Source: Epithemia pelagica (lineage: Eukaryota > Protista > Bacillariophyta). From it: a stretch of DNA of 64,000 bases. Numbering within the stretch: position 1 is the stretch's first letter; every line of letters starts with the position of its first letter. The position numbers and the translations under genes are program-made. This document shows, piece by piece, positions 1-10,957 of this stretch. The stretch is taken from contig OX337236.1 in assembly GCA_946965045.2 (NCBI GenBank), positions 2,914,001-2,978,000 on the forward strand. The letters are read 5' to 3'. The notes beneath the pieces are model-generated. The model saw nothing but the letters and a program-made list of their open reading frames with translations. It did not search any database and had not been told where the DNA came from.

Positions 1-898
1 GATGTGTGTCATTGAACCAACTCAATTGACGACTTTCTGCACTGGGAAATTCCAAATGGTAGCCCACCATATTGTAATCGACGGCCAAGGTGGCCGCTTG
101 ATGGGCACAATAGTGAGCAAAACAAAAATCCAAGCCCCATCCACACCCCCCTCGGGCATGCAAAAAGGAATAAAAGCATTGCCAACTCGCTTGTGTAAAG
201 ACTTGACAAAAGGTTTCAATACTGGACGGACGAACCAAACAGTGCCGCGTGGATCGACCTCCATACTCGGCATGAGTACTCATTTCTCCATTAATCACAT
301 GCCACGTACAGCCCACTATGCTGGGGGAAATGGCGGACAAATTGTACTTTTCCATCGACTCCAACAATTTGGGAATGCGGACTGGATGGGGTCCAGCCGT
401 TGGCAAGAAAATATCATCCAACAAGAGGGCAATATACTGGTACTGTTGGACGAGGGGTGGAGCCAAATATTGCAAAAAGACTCCCCAGGCCACATTGGGC
501 GTTCGAATCACGGCACAGGCGGTCGAGTCGTGCTCCGTCGGCTGTTGCAATTGCCGCAAATGATAATCGTCTTCTGGCACAATCGATTCATCGACGTACA
601 AAAAGGCAATGCAATCCCAATGTGCGAAATGCTGTCGTTTGTGGAACCAACTGTACTGAATCGCTTCGCGGCGACCCAACGCGTCAAATACCACCAGATT
701 TTTGCTTCGGTTGGCAGTAACAGGATTGGGTGTCGTCCACCATGCCGGTGGAGGAGTCCAGACGGGAGGATCCACCGCGGTGTGGAGGTGGTGGTGGTGT
801 TCTTGTTCCGTCACTTGCAGCAATCGAGCTACTTGAAGAATCACCACCACACACAAGAGCAATACCACACACGCATTGTTGTTGCAACGACGAGGCAT
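1..898 (-). CDS. DUF707-like putative glycosyltransferase (type II membrane protein), 3' end runs off the window
   Basis: Manual translation of a minus frame absent from the ORF track: MPRRCNNNACVVLLLCVVVILQ (TM anchor) ... YQYIALLLDDIFLP ... LSAISPSIVG ... IETFCQVFTQASWQCFY ... GCGWGLDFC. This resembles the DUF707 motifs YIFxxDxD, ISQP, E..PVF....W.C and GWGLDF. No stop occurs before position 1. Confidence 0.7.
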   Translation of the reverse strand, partial: MPRRCNNNACVVLLLCVVVILQVARLLQVTEQEHHHHLHTAVDPPVWTPPPAWWTTPNPVTANRSKNLVVFDALGRREAIQYSWFHKRQHFAHWDCIAFLYVDESIVPEDDYHLRQLQQPTEHDSTACAVIRTPNVAWGVFLQYLAPPLVQQYQYIALLLDDIFLPTAGPHPVRIPKLLESMEKYNLSAISPSIVGCTWHVINGEMSTHAEYGGRSTRHCLVRPSSIETFCQVFTQASWQCFYSFLHARGGCGWGLDFCFAHYCAHQAATLAVDYNMVGYHLEFPSAESRQLSWFNDTH

Positions 899-1371
899 CC
901 ACCCGAATGGCTTGTGGTTGTTCTTATTGTCGTTGGAAGAAACCGAAAACGGTCTTGTCGTTGTCGTTGTCGTCGGCGTCGTCATGATTCGGTTTTGTCG
1001 TGCCGTTCTCGTCGTAGTCCTCACGTGGAGGAAAGAATAATCCAGGACTTGAATGAACCAGGGTTGTTACCGTGTGTTCGAGGACTCCTCTCATTGAGAA
1101 GAACAGGGAGAGATGAATGATGAATTGCTCCGTCCACGATTTACACCAATGCGATAAAAAAAACACAGTGCTGCCACATGTACCCGCTAGAGGGTATCGC
1201 CGACCGACGATAACCCACGCGCGTACGTTGCTACATGCGACCGATTGCTTGCGTCTTCATTCGACTCCCTGGCGTCTCGCGCATTGGTTCATGGTTCATC
1301 ATCACACCACCACAACCAGCACCTGTTGGTGGACAAAGCACAACCACCATTCGTCGTCTTGGAGAAGAAGA

Positions 1372-2411
1372 ATGATGATAATGAAGAAACAACGAGCCGG
1401 ACTCTTGGTTATGATTGGATTTACCATTTTGAATGGTTTCATGGTACTCCTCCAACTCCATGGAAGTGCCACGATACAGACTCGAACACAAGCATCCTAC
1501 CTCCATCTTTCGACAACTTCTTCTTCCTCATGTTTGTGGCCTTGGTCTTCTTCTTCTTCCTCTTCTTCTCGTGAAGTTGTCGTTGAATCTCTTTCCTTGC
1601 GTCAAGAGGCCATGGAATTGGCCGAACTACGACAAGCTGAATTGGACTATTGGACGCAGGGTTGCAACGCATTTATTACGTCAATTTGGACAAAAATGTC
1701 CAGCGTCGTAAGCAAATGGAAGACCAATTGCAAAAACTCGAGCCGTCCATTCCCTATTCTCGTGTTCCCGCCATGAGAGGTACGTCCAATGGAAATGCCT
1801 GCATTAAAGGATTGCAGGATCCCGATCGATGCATGGGTGTGTCTGGTTTGTCTCGGACCATGGTGAAAATTATGGATACGCAAAATGTGACGGGTTTAAC
1901 CTTGGTGTTGGAAGATGTTTTTGTGTTGGGAACCAACTTGACCAAAATTCATCAAGCACTGTCCATGGTACCGGACGATTGGGACCTTATTCGGTTTACC
2001 ATTAGTGGTTATGACAACAAAACTTTTCGTGCCATGAGTGGTAAGCGCAAAACCTTTGTGCCGATTCAGAATCCTATGAATTTGCAAGTGTATCGCATTC
2101 AAGGGCCGTCGGTGGTGTGTGGAGGCACGCATGCCATGGTTTGGCGGGCCAGCAGTCTGACCAAACTCCATCGGGTCTGGAGTCGACGCCCCTATTCCGA
2201 TATTGATTGTGTCCTGACTTGGGAACAAAATTTTAATTCCTATGGCATTGGACAAATGTATGAAACCGACTACTTGTTTTTGGGATGGGTCAAACAACCA
2301 CCCGGGGAAGTCACGGATATTCCGAAAGTTGATGATCCGAAAGTTGACGATACGGACCAGAAAAAAAAGCAAAGATCTACTGTGGCCGACGAACAGAGTA
2401 GAGACGTGTAG
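1372..2411 (+). pseudogene. Glycosyltransferase family 25-like gene, copy A, frameshifted
   Basis: N-terminal TM and Ser-rich stem lie in the frame of ORF 1117..1776. The catalytic part (IYYVNLDKNVQRR, LVLED, VCGGTHA, DIDC) lies in ORF 1650..2411. An 8-nt duplication (1648-1655), absent from copies B and C, shifts the frame. Confidence 0.75.
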
Positions 2412-3876
2412 AGCTTTTGAGTTCCATTGTTGTGTGACACCTTTATACGAGTACAAATAATGGAGGAAAAAGGATTGTGTTTTTACCTATGGCGTTTGAG
2501 ACATGAAGTAGTATGGCTACCGGTAGGAATCAACGGAATACACAGGATAGATAGAATAGACCTGTAAGGCCTGCGGAATGCGGAACGGTACTGGTTTGTT
2601 TGTCACGATCAGGATTTGTTTGTTGTTTCCGATGCTCATTGTCATTTTGTCAGTGTTGACAGGCATGACTGTTCTTGCTGGCCGTAATTCGGCTCGAACG
2701 TTCCCATTGCGCTCACTCCGCCAGTCCGGTTCGGTATGCCAGAGGTGTCGGCTATAGAATGAGTTCCTCACGCTCGTTACTTTTTCTAATCTTGTTTTTC
2801 GTGTCTTGGTGTCTTTCGGCTTTCCGACTAGAGCATCCCGGTATGACCGGATGCTTCCATCCTTTGTTATGGCCTCACCGCCATCACGGTCTTGGGGGTG
2901 CTTCCTTCTTGTCACACAGCTTCTCGGTTTTACTGGAACAATCGTCCCTTCATCTGGTCTTGAACCTCGTCTCTTGGACAGTCGATGAATCGTTGTCCTC
3001 ATTTTGGACGTTGGCTTCCGAATTGCTGCCCGCCTTAGAGTCGCGGCTCAACAGGTTCCCTCTTGTCTTGGCATGGGACATCCAGCAAGCGATCACCACT
3101 ACAATACGCAAGTTCCCCACTGAGCCGAACTTTCAACGCGTCAAAGGCCACCATGTCCGTCCGTTCTTGGCTTCTCACTTGGCGCCCAGTCATTCTCCAC
3201 TCCATTACCACACAACCATGATCTTTCTACTATCTGCTCTCACCTTTTAGTCCTCGCCTTGGGTAGCTACCAAGGCCCGGCGCGTCGGTCGGCGATACCC
3301 TAGCGGGTACGTGCGGCAGCGTTATAGACTGTTTTTTTTTGCCATCCTTGGTGTATACTACTTGTACTGCCATGTTGCTTCCATGACTCTTTGTCCTCCT
3401 CGAGGACAAGATGAGGAATCTCCAATGTTGCTGCTGCTTCCCTATGACCTGGTTCCGGAATGTCTGCCCTGTGCAACTCATGATTGTCAACACACTGTCA
3501 GTGCGACCTTGGTTGGATTCGATAACCATGCCATGCAGATGAGAAGAAGAATCTTTTCCAAGGTACAACACCGACACGTCCACGAATGCGCCACGTGACG
3601 GTAGTCTCATGAGCTGTGCAATGTCCCACAATTGGCTGATTCTGTACAGACCATGATGAATGGGATCGTTTGAGTGGGTAGTGGGTAGCTCTATTATCTA
3701 TTAGATTCTCCCAAGTTTTTCAACCTGCGTCATCTTCTGACTCCCTGGCGTCTCATTTTTCGCAGTCCTCCGCATTGGTCCGCCCGACTTGTGGACCACG
3801 CCAAAAGCACCACCATCCTGTTGGGGTAGAAAGCAGTCGGAACCATAACCTCCATTCGTCGTCTTGTAGAATAATA

Positions 3877-4872
3877 ATGATGAGGATGAAGCAACAACGA
3901 GCCGGAATCTTGTGGATGATTGGATTCACCATTTTGAATGGTTTCATGGTAGTCCTCCAACTCCATGGAAGTGCCACGATACAGACTCCACTACCACCAC
4001 CCTACCTCCATCTGTTGACAGCAACAACAACAACAACAACGAGCACCCCCACCGACTCGGCATCTTCCTTGTCTTCGTCGTCGTGGTCGTGGCTCTCTTC
4101 TTCTTCGTCATGTTTGTGGCCTTGGTCTTCTTCTTGTGGAGTTGTCGTATCTCCTACCTTGCGTCAAGAGGCCATGAAATTGGCCCAACTGCGACAAGCT
4201 GAATTGGACGCAGGGTTGCAACGCATTTATTACGTCAATTTGGACAAAAATGTCCAGCGTCGTAAGCAAATGGAAGACCAATTGCAAAAACTCGAGCCGT
4301 CCATTCCCTATTCTCGCTTTGCCGCCTTGCGAGGTACGTCCAATGGAACGGCCTGTATTCCAGGATTGCAAGATCCCAAACGATGCATGGGTGTGTCGGG
4401 TTTGTCTCGAACCATGGTGAAATTAATGGATACGCAAAATGTGACAGGTTTGACCTTGGTGTTGGAAGATGATTTTGTATTGGGAACCAACTTGACCAGA
4501 ATTCATCAAGCACTGTCCATGGTACCGGACGATTGGGACATTGTTCGGTTTGCCCTCGCTGGCTACGACAACAAAACGTTTTTACCGATCCGCAATCGAT
4601 TGAATTTGCAAGTGTATCGCCTTCAAGGACCGCCGGTCGTGTGTGGAGGCACGCATGCCATGGTGTGGCGGGGTAGCAGTGTGGCCAAATTGCATCGGAC
4701 CTGGAGTCGACGCCCCTATGCCGATATTGATTGTACCCTGAGTTGGGAACCCGGCCTGAAATCCTATGCCATTGGACGAATGGATAAACCCACACACTTG
4801 TTTTTGGGATCGCTCCAGTATCCAGCCGGGGAAGTCTCGGACATTCCGAAACATGACGATCCGAATCAGTAA
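3877..4872 (+). CDS. Glycosyltransferase family 25-like protein, copy B (intact)
   Basis: TM anchor, S/T-rich stem, YYVNLDKNVQRRKQMEDQL, RFAALRG, LVLEDD and GGTHAM are GT25-type motifs. Likely start is the ATG at 3877. Confidence 0.8.
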   Translation: MMRMKQQRAGILWMIGFTILNGFMVVLQLHGSATIQTPLPPPYLHLLTATTTTTTSTPTDSASSLSSSSWSWLSSSSSCLWPWSSSCGVVVSPTLRQEAMKLAQLRQAELDAGLQRIYYVNLDKNVQRRKQMEDQLQKLEPSIPYSRFAALRGTSNGTACIPGLQDPKRCMGVSGLSRTMVKLMDTQNVTGLTLVLEDDFVLGTNLTRIHQALSMVPDDWDIVRFALAGYDNKTFLPIRNRLNLQVYRLQGPPVVCGGTHAMVWRGSSVAKLHRTWSRRPYADIDCTLSWEPGLKSYAIGRMDKPTHLFLGSLQYPAGEVSDIPKHDDPNQ

Positions 4873-5281
4873 AAGGAAGAATAAGGATCTACAGCCCGTG
4901 TAGAGACTTTTTATTTCCAGTGTTGTTATGTGACATGTGACACCTACCTACATACGAGTACCAGTGAAGGAGGAAGAAGGATGGTGTTTTTACATCATGT
5001 GGAAGAGACTCCCTACAAGTGGTACGAATCAGCAGAATAGACAATATGCATAGTAATCGACGTGGTGGAGTGAATAAAGTGTGGTGGTGGTACCCCAGAC
5101 GGCACTGGTTGGATTGTGTGTGTTCCCAAGAATTGTTGTCGTCGTTGTCATGGTCGTCATTGGATTTTTTTATATGCCATTTGGAACAGAGTCGTGTACT
5201 AGAGCTTTTTTCACACTTGTTTTTGGGACGCCTGGCCCATCCGCCGGGAGAGAAAACGGATATTCCCAAGTAATACTAGGT

Positions 5282-5510
5282 AGTCCATGGCATTCCAGGG
5301 CCGCCGGTTGTCTGTGGAGGCGGCACATGGTATGGCGGGGCAGCCGTGTGGCGAAATTCCATTGGGCCTCGAGTCGACGCGACCATGCCGATAGTGGTTG
5401 CATACTTAGTTGGGAACCAAATTTTAAATCCTATGCCATTGGACGAATGAATCGCAAATCACACTTGTTTTGGGGACGCCTGGTCCATCCACCAGATTTA
5501 ACAACCCCTA
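5282..5510 (+). pseudogene. Diverged remnant of a GT25 C-terminus (repeated at ~8409-8560 and ~42863-43075)
   Basis: Translates to HMVWRGSRVAKFHWASSRRDHADSGCILSWEPNFKSYAIGRM, which aligns to HAMVWRGSSVAKLHRTWSRRPYADIDCTLSWEPGLKSYAIGRM of copy B. Confidence 0.7.
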
Positions 5511-5544
5511 CTTCTCTCCAATACCACTCCCATCTATAGGTAGG

Positions 5545-6652
5545 TGTGAGAGGTTCCATTTCATTGTGTCGGATGTTTTCCCACTCGAATACTTGCTTTG
5601 TCGCAGTTCGCTAAACTACTCCTAGGTACTCCTACGTAATCTAGAGGAGTCAGACTACCATCCGTAGGTAGTTCCACTCACAGTTTTTGTCCCGATTCCC
5701 GGCCGATTGTGAAAGGACCAAGCAGCGACCCCTTTTGGTCGCAGAATTGATTCGGATCCGTTGGGCCCAATCATGCGTTCCACGTCCAACCAAAGATCGG
5801 TCATGTTAAAGACTCGTAATCATAAAGAGTGACTATTAGGATCCTCTAGCCTAGAGGTCTATGTCTCGCTAAATCCTCGCTCACAAACGCGACCATTTCT
5901 CGGTCCCCTCGCGAATCCATAGTCCGCTTACTCTAGGGTATTCGTGCTTCATCTCTTATTCTCGTTCAGCTAGCTCCAAAACCTGCTTATAGCTCGTCTT
6001 CAATCGAGTGCAGGACGTACCCGATCCCAGAGAATCCATTCTGGTGGGAAACGCACTTAATAAAGGATCATTGATGCAAGTCTCGTTCGTTCTGTACCTG
6101 TCTGAATCTTAGTCAAAAGGTCAGCAAGGTTAGTCTTAGACGGCTCAAAGGCGATACGGCAACTTCCATTCGCAACATTCTCTCTGACAAAGTGGTAAGC
6201 AATAGCATTCGACTTCTTACGCAACACCGATTCGGGTTTTGAACTGTTGAGGACCACTGACATGTTATCAACACGAATGTGTGCATGTCCCTCAAGTCGT
6301 ACTCCCATCATCCGCAACTTATACCGTAGGCCCTTTATCATCTCGATGCCCACCTTCAATGCCATGAATTCCGAACCAAACGTCGAAGTCTCAACACTGG
6401 TTTGCTTCTTGCTATACCAGTTTACTGGAGCCCGATTCAAAAAGATGAGAACTCCTGTCCTTGAACGACGAGTTGCAAGGTCACCAGCATGATCGGCGTC
6501 AACAAACGCGGTCATTTGCACAGAACGGCCAAGAGGTTCTGGAGCATCCGGTGGTAAATCTTCCTTGGCATCCGGATAGTGTGCACTCCAATCGGCAGTC
6601 GGCTCCTCGCCATGAATGATGTGAGAGGGGTCAAGTACTAAGCGAGAACGGT
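5545..6652 (-). mobile_element. 3' fragment of a Copia element (RNase H end plus 3' terminal region), near-identical to 43125-44230
   Basis: ORF 6057..6659 has Copia RNase H motifs (FVDADHAGD, ETSTFGSE, VDNMSV, NLADLLTK). The sequence matches the 3' end of the element at 43-49 kb and stops abruptly at ~6652. Confidence 0.9.
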
Positions 6653-6985
6653 CCGTCAATTCCTGAGCTCATTTCGAAACTAACTGCATAAAATGGAGTC
6701 CATGTGTCTTGCTCTCTATTCTAGTTTGTGCTGTTACTTTGGACTACGGAACTCGCAATCAAGACATTTTGGAAGCCATTCATTGTCATTAAGAAAATGT
6801 GGGTTGAAGTGAAACTATGACGAAATCCTTAACCCTATACGGCCCCGTACGACGACCCTACGTCATCTTTTGACTCCCTGGCGTCTCATGCTTCGCAAGT
6901 TCGCCGCATTGGTCCGCGTCTTGGACCACGCCAACATCACCACAATCACCACCATCACCACCACAGTCGGAATTGAAGAATAATA

Positions 6986-7131
6986 ATGATGAGGATGAAG
7001 AAACAACGAGCCGGACTCTTATGGATAATTGGATTTACCATTTTGAATGGTTTCATGGTAGTCCTCCAACTCCATGGAAGTGCCACGATACAGACTCTAC
7101 AACCAGCACCCTACCTCCATCTGTCGACAGC

Positions 7132-7166
<35 letters not shown>

Positions 7167-7999
7167 CGAGCACCACCACAAACGCGGCATCCTCCTTATC
7201 CTCGTCGTCGTGGTCGTGGCTCTCTTCTTCTTCGTCATGTTTGTGGCCTTGGTCTTCTTCTTGTGGAGTTGTCGTATCTCCTACCTTGCGTCAAGAGGCC
7301 ATGAAATTGGCCCAACTGCGACAAGCTGAATTGGACGCAGGGTTGCAACGCATTTATTACGTCAATTTGGACAAAAATGTCCAGCGTCGTAAGCAAATGG
7401 AAGACCAATTGCGACAAGTCCAGCCGTCCATTCCCTATTCTCGCTTTGCCGCCATGAGAGGTACGTCCAATGGAACGGCCTGTATTCCAGGATTGCAAGA
7501 TCCCAAACGATGCATGGGTGTGTCTGGCTTGTCTCGGACCATGGTGAAATTAATGGATACGCAAAATGTGACGGGGTTGACCTTGGTCTTGGAAGATGAT
7601 TTCCTGTTGGGAACCAACTTGACCAGAATCCAGGAGGCCCTGTCCATGGTACCGGACGATTGGGACATTGTTCGGTTTGCCCTCGCTGGCTACGACAACA
7701 AAACGTTTTTACCGATCCGCAATCGATTGAATTTGCAAGTGTATCGCCTTCAAGGACCGCCGGTCGTGTGTGGAGGCACGCATGCCATGGTGTGGCGGGG
7801 TAGCAGTGTGGCCAAATTGCATCGGACCTGGAGTCGACGCCCCTATGCCGATATTGATTGTACCCTGAGTTGGGAACCCGGCCTGAAATCCTATGCCATT
7901 GGACGAATGGATAAACCCACACACTTGTTTTTGGGATCGCTCCAGTATCCAGCCGGGGAAGTCTCGGACATTCCGAAACATGACGATCCGAATCAGTAA
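6986..7999 (+). CDS. Glycosyltransferase family 25-like protein, copy C (intact)
   Basis: Same motifs as copy B, with a longer Thr tract from an (AAC)n expansion. The 3' half is identical to copy B. Confidence 0.8.
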
Positions 8000-8587
8000 A
8001 AGGAAGAATAAGGATCTACAGCCCGTGTAGAGACTTTTTATTTCCAGTGTTGTTATGTGACATGTGACACCTACCTACATACGAGTACCAGTGAAGGAGG
8101 AAGAAGGATGGTGTTTTTACATCATGTGGAAGAGACTCCCTACAAGTGGTACGAATCAGCAGAATAGACAATATGCATAGTAATAGACGTGGTGGAGTGA
8201 ATAAAGTGTGGTGGTGGTACCCCAGACGGCACTGGTTGGATTGTGTGTGTTCCCAAGAATTGTTGTCGTCGTTGTCATGGTCGTCATTGGATTTTTTTTA
8301 TATGCCATTTGGAACAGAGTCGTGTACTAGAGCTTTTTTCACACTTGTTTTTGGGACGCCTGGCCCATCCGCCGGGAGAGAAAACGGATATTCCCAAGTA
8401 ATACTAGGTAGTCCATGGCATTCCAGGGCCGCCGGTTGTCTGTGGAGGCGGCACATGGTATGGCGGGGCAGCCGTGTGGCGAAATTCCATTGGGCCTCGA
8501 GTCGACGCGACCATGCCGATAGTGGTTGCATACTTAGTTGGGAACCAAATTTTAAATCCTAAAAATAACCCTTCCCCTTGTCAAAAC

Positions 8588-8652
8588 GCTACTGGTCGAG
8601 TGGTCGGGCTTATTCCTATAACCCTTCCCCTTGTCAAAAGATAACACTGGGG
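8588..8652. repeat. 65-bp inverted repeat, left copy (partner 17749-17813)
   Basis: GCTA(C/T)TGGTCGAGTGGTCGGGCTTATTCCTATAACCCTTCCCCTTGTCAAAAGATAACACTGGGG is the reverse complement of 17749-17813 with one mismatch. Confidence 0.95.
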
Positions 8653-9379
8653 TCACAGGGTTGTGTGCTGTGAATCTCTTTTACTTAGAAGGTGGTGTGG
8701 GAGTATCCCTACCCACACAAAACTCCAAAACCGGCCCCTGTCCCGTCCCGGAGCAGCAGAATGCCTGTGTCCGTCGGTCGCACACGCAGTCGTGGGTACC
8801 GTCCGTCCACCTGCCGCGTTCCAAGGGACATTGCATAGGAGGCCGGTTCCAGGGTGGGTGGGCGGGAGATCGTTAAACTATCTAGCTTCTGCTTTTCCTT
8901 GCACAAGCGGTGGTTTCTCCAAAAAAGTGTCCTCTCGTTCTTGGTAGGGCCTCTTGGTCCTACTGACGTGAGTGACAGTTCGGTGTCACCCTTTGGTTGG
9001 GCCTGATGGTCCCGTGTCAAAGGGTGACACTTTCTGGTTCTGCGACATCGAGTCTTCGCGTCAGAACCTACCAATTTGGGTGAAGTGGTGAGGTTGTGTG
9101 CTGTGAATCTCTTTTACTTAGAAGGTGGTGTGGGAGTATCCCTACCCACACAAAACTCCAAAACCGGCCCCTGTCCCGTCCCGGAGCAGCAGAATGCCTG
9201 TGTCCGTCGGTCGCACACGCAGTCGTGGGTACCGTCCGTCCACCTGCCGCGTTCCAAGGGACATTGCATAGGAGGCCGGTTCCATCTTTCCCCCTCGCGT
9301 ATCTTTCTCACATGGATCTTCCTGTTGTGTCTTCTCTTTCTTCTCTTTTTCCATTCATCCACTTCTCCCCCCCACGCAA

Positions 9380-10957
9380 TTACATACAGTGTTGTGTCAG
9401 GGTCAAGCGTTGTCGGAGTGTCCATTGTCGGTAGAGAACGTCGACGGGCTCGCCAGAACGGCGACGGCGCCACCGGCCATGTTCATATACTTCATCGGGC
9501 GTCGCGGCCCGAGTTCCCAAGGTTCGATGCCGACGGGAGACGTGCGAGCGGGCGCCACGCCGGTAGCAGTGGAGAGACCAAAACTTGGCCCTCAAGTCGT
9601 CGTCTGTGGAGAAAGGACGAAGGTACGGATCCGTGGGGCGTTGAGCGCGAAGCGCCGGATAGAGGAAGTCTTCCCGATACCCGGCTGAAGTCCACCGACC
9701 ACCCTGGTCGGTGCGGAACAGGAATCGGTGGTCCAATTCTTGGCGGTTGTCATATGCCGCCAACCGAGTTAACCACTGGCCTAGGGACAGGCCGGTGAAA
9801 GATTGATGAGCCACGGCAACGTCCGCCGCGGATACCCTGTTGCTTTTGGTTTCCGGTGCCAGAGTAATCAATACGGCGCCGCTGCCCTGCGGTAAGTCGT
9901 ACCGTCGCCCGGCCCTGGGAGGGATGAGGAGGACTTGGGCCCAAGTTAATTCAAAAACCTCCCTCGACCGAAGCCAACCGAGCCAAAAGAGCAGGTTGGC
10001 CACAGCGGCCCGACACCAATACAGACGGCCCGCCGCATTGTCACAACAATCCAACGCCCGTCGGAAGTATCGGTCCATCCATTCGACATGGCGGTGAAGA
10101 AGGGCGAAAGAGGGCTGTGGGTTGTCTCCAATTCGGGCCCGCAGCCCTCGGGTGAAATACGTGTTGCCGGCGGCGTCGGTCGGGCGCACACCAGCTTCCA
10201 CGAGACGTTGTTGTCGATCCAACAAAAGCCGCCCATCGTGCGACGGCAGCATGGCGATCGTGTGGTAGTAGGAGGCCGCGCTGCGCAAGGCCCGGATGGT
10301 ACTGAAGGTGGCGGTGCTGTCGGGTTCTCGCCCCGGCATCAAGCAGTACGCTTCGGCCGCCCACATGAGTCGGATGTCCGGTCCACGGGGGGGCCTGTCC
10401 AGGCGAGTCAAAGGTAGGACTTTGAGTCCGTGGAACAAGTGCTCGAACTTCTGCAAATACCGCAGTTTTCGTTGGTAAGTTGCGTGTGTCCCTTCGGACC
10501 AAGCATGGGCTTGGTCTATCAATCGCATGCGTTCCAGCTGTAACAAAGCCACATCCCGAACCCCGTGGAGCTCTCGTTGTAGAACGGAGCGCACCGTACA
10601 GGCTTCACACACGAAATGCGGCCACTGCTGGACCTTGGGGAATGACAACCCGGCTTGGTGTCGCCGTCGCGAAACAAACGGTGGCCCGGCCCGGATGCAA
10701 TCCACATGATACCAAACCCCACATGGCCGTGCCTGGGTACCGTCGTCGAAGTGAAAACCTTTCCGCCAAAATTGACACACCAATTTGTGACGTTGCCGAC
10801 GTGGCCTGCCCTCATGGTGCCGCCCACAACCTGTGCAAGGCAGCGACCTGTTCCTTGTGCCACCGGTACCCGGTGGGTTGGGCAGGTTCGACCACCCCGG
10901 GATTTTCACTGTCAAGAGGGAGAGAACGCACGTGAGGGCCCAAGTACAGAACAACAA
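9380..10957 (-). CDS. Tyrosine recombinase with an N-terminal PHD-like zinc finger
   Basis: Catalytic motifs WLRSRE (R), HCYRRG (HxxR), HGRW and LY (Y) are present. The N-terminus reads CTGC...C...CGVWYHVDC...CEAC. The true start is uncertain and the ORF overlaps the end of pol. Confidence 0.88.
   Translation of the reverse strand: MLFCTWALTCVLSLLTVKIPGWSNLPNPPGTGGTRNRSLPCTGCGRHHEGRPRRQRHKLVCQFWRKGFHFDDGTQARPCGVWYHVDCIRAGPPFVSRRRHQAGLSFPKVQQWPHFVCEACTVRSVLQRELHGVRDVALLQLERMRLIDQAHAWSEGTHATYQRKLRYLQKFEHLFHGLKVLPLTRLDRPPRGPDIRLMWAAEAYCLMPGREPDSTATFSTIRALRSAASYYHTIAMLPSHDGRLLLDRQQRLVEAGVRPTDAAGNTYFTRGLRARIGDNPQPSFALLHRHVEWMDRYFRRALDCCDNAAGRLYWCRAAVANLLFWLGWLRSREVFELTWAQVLLIPPRAGRRYDLPQGSGAVLITLAPETKSNRVSAADVAVAHQSFTGLSLGQWLTRLAAYDNRQELDHRFLFRTDQGGRWTSAGYREDFLYPALRAQRPTDPYLRPFSTDDDLRAKFWSLHCYRRGARSHVSRRHRTLGTRAATPDEVYEHGRWRRRRSGEPVDVLYRQWTLRQRLTLTQHCM

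Noticed and set aside
2-1120. 372-aa plus-strand ORF
   Set aside because: It is the antisense shadow of the DUF707-like gene and has no protein-like motifs.
2517-3631. ORFs 2517..3002 and 3230..3631 as genes or a retroelement fragment
   Set aside because: No recognisable motif, termini or homology within the window.
8565-8640. Telomere-like TAACCC within the inverted repeat
   Set aside because: Only isolated single units occur, with no tandem array.
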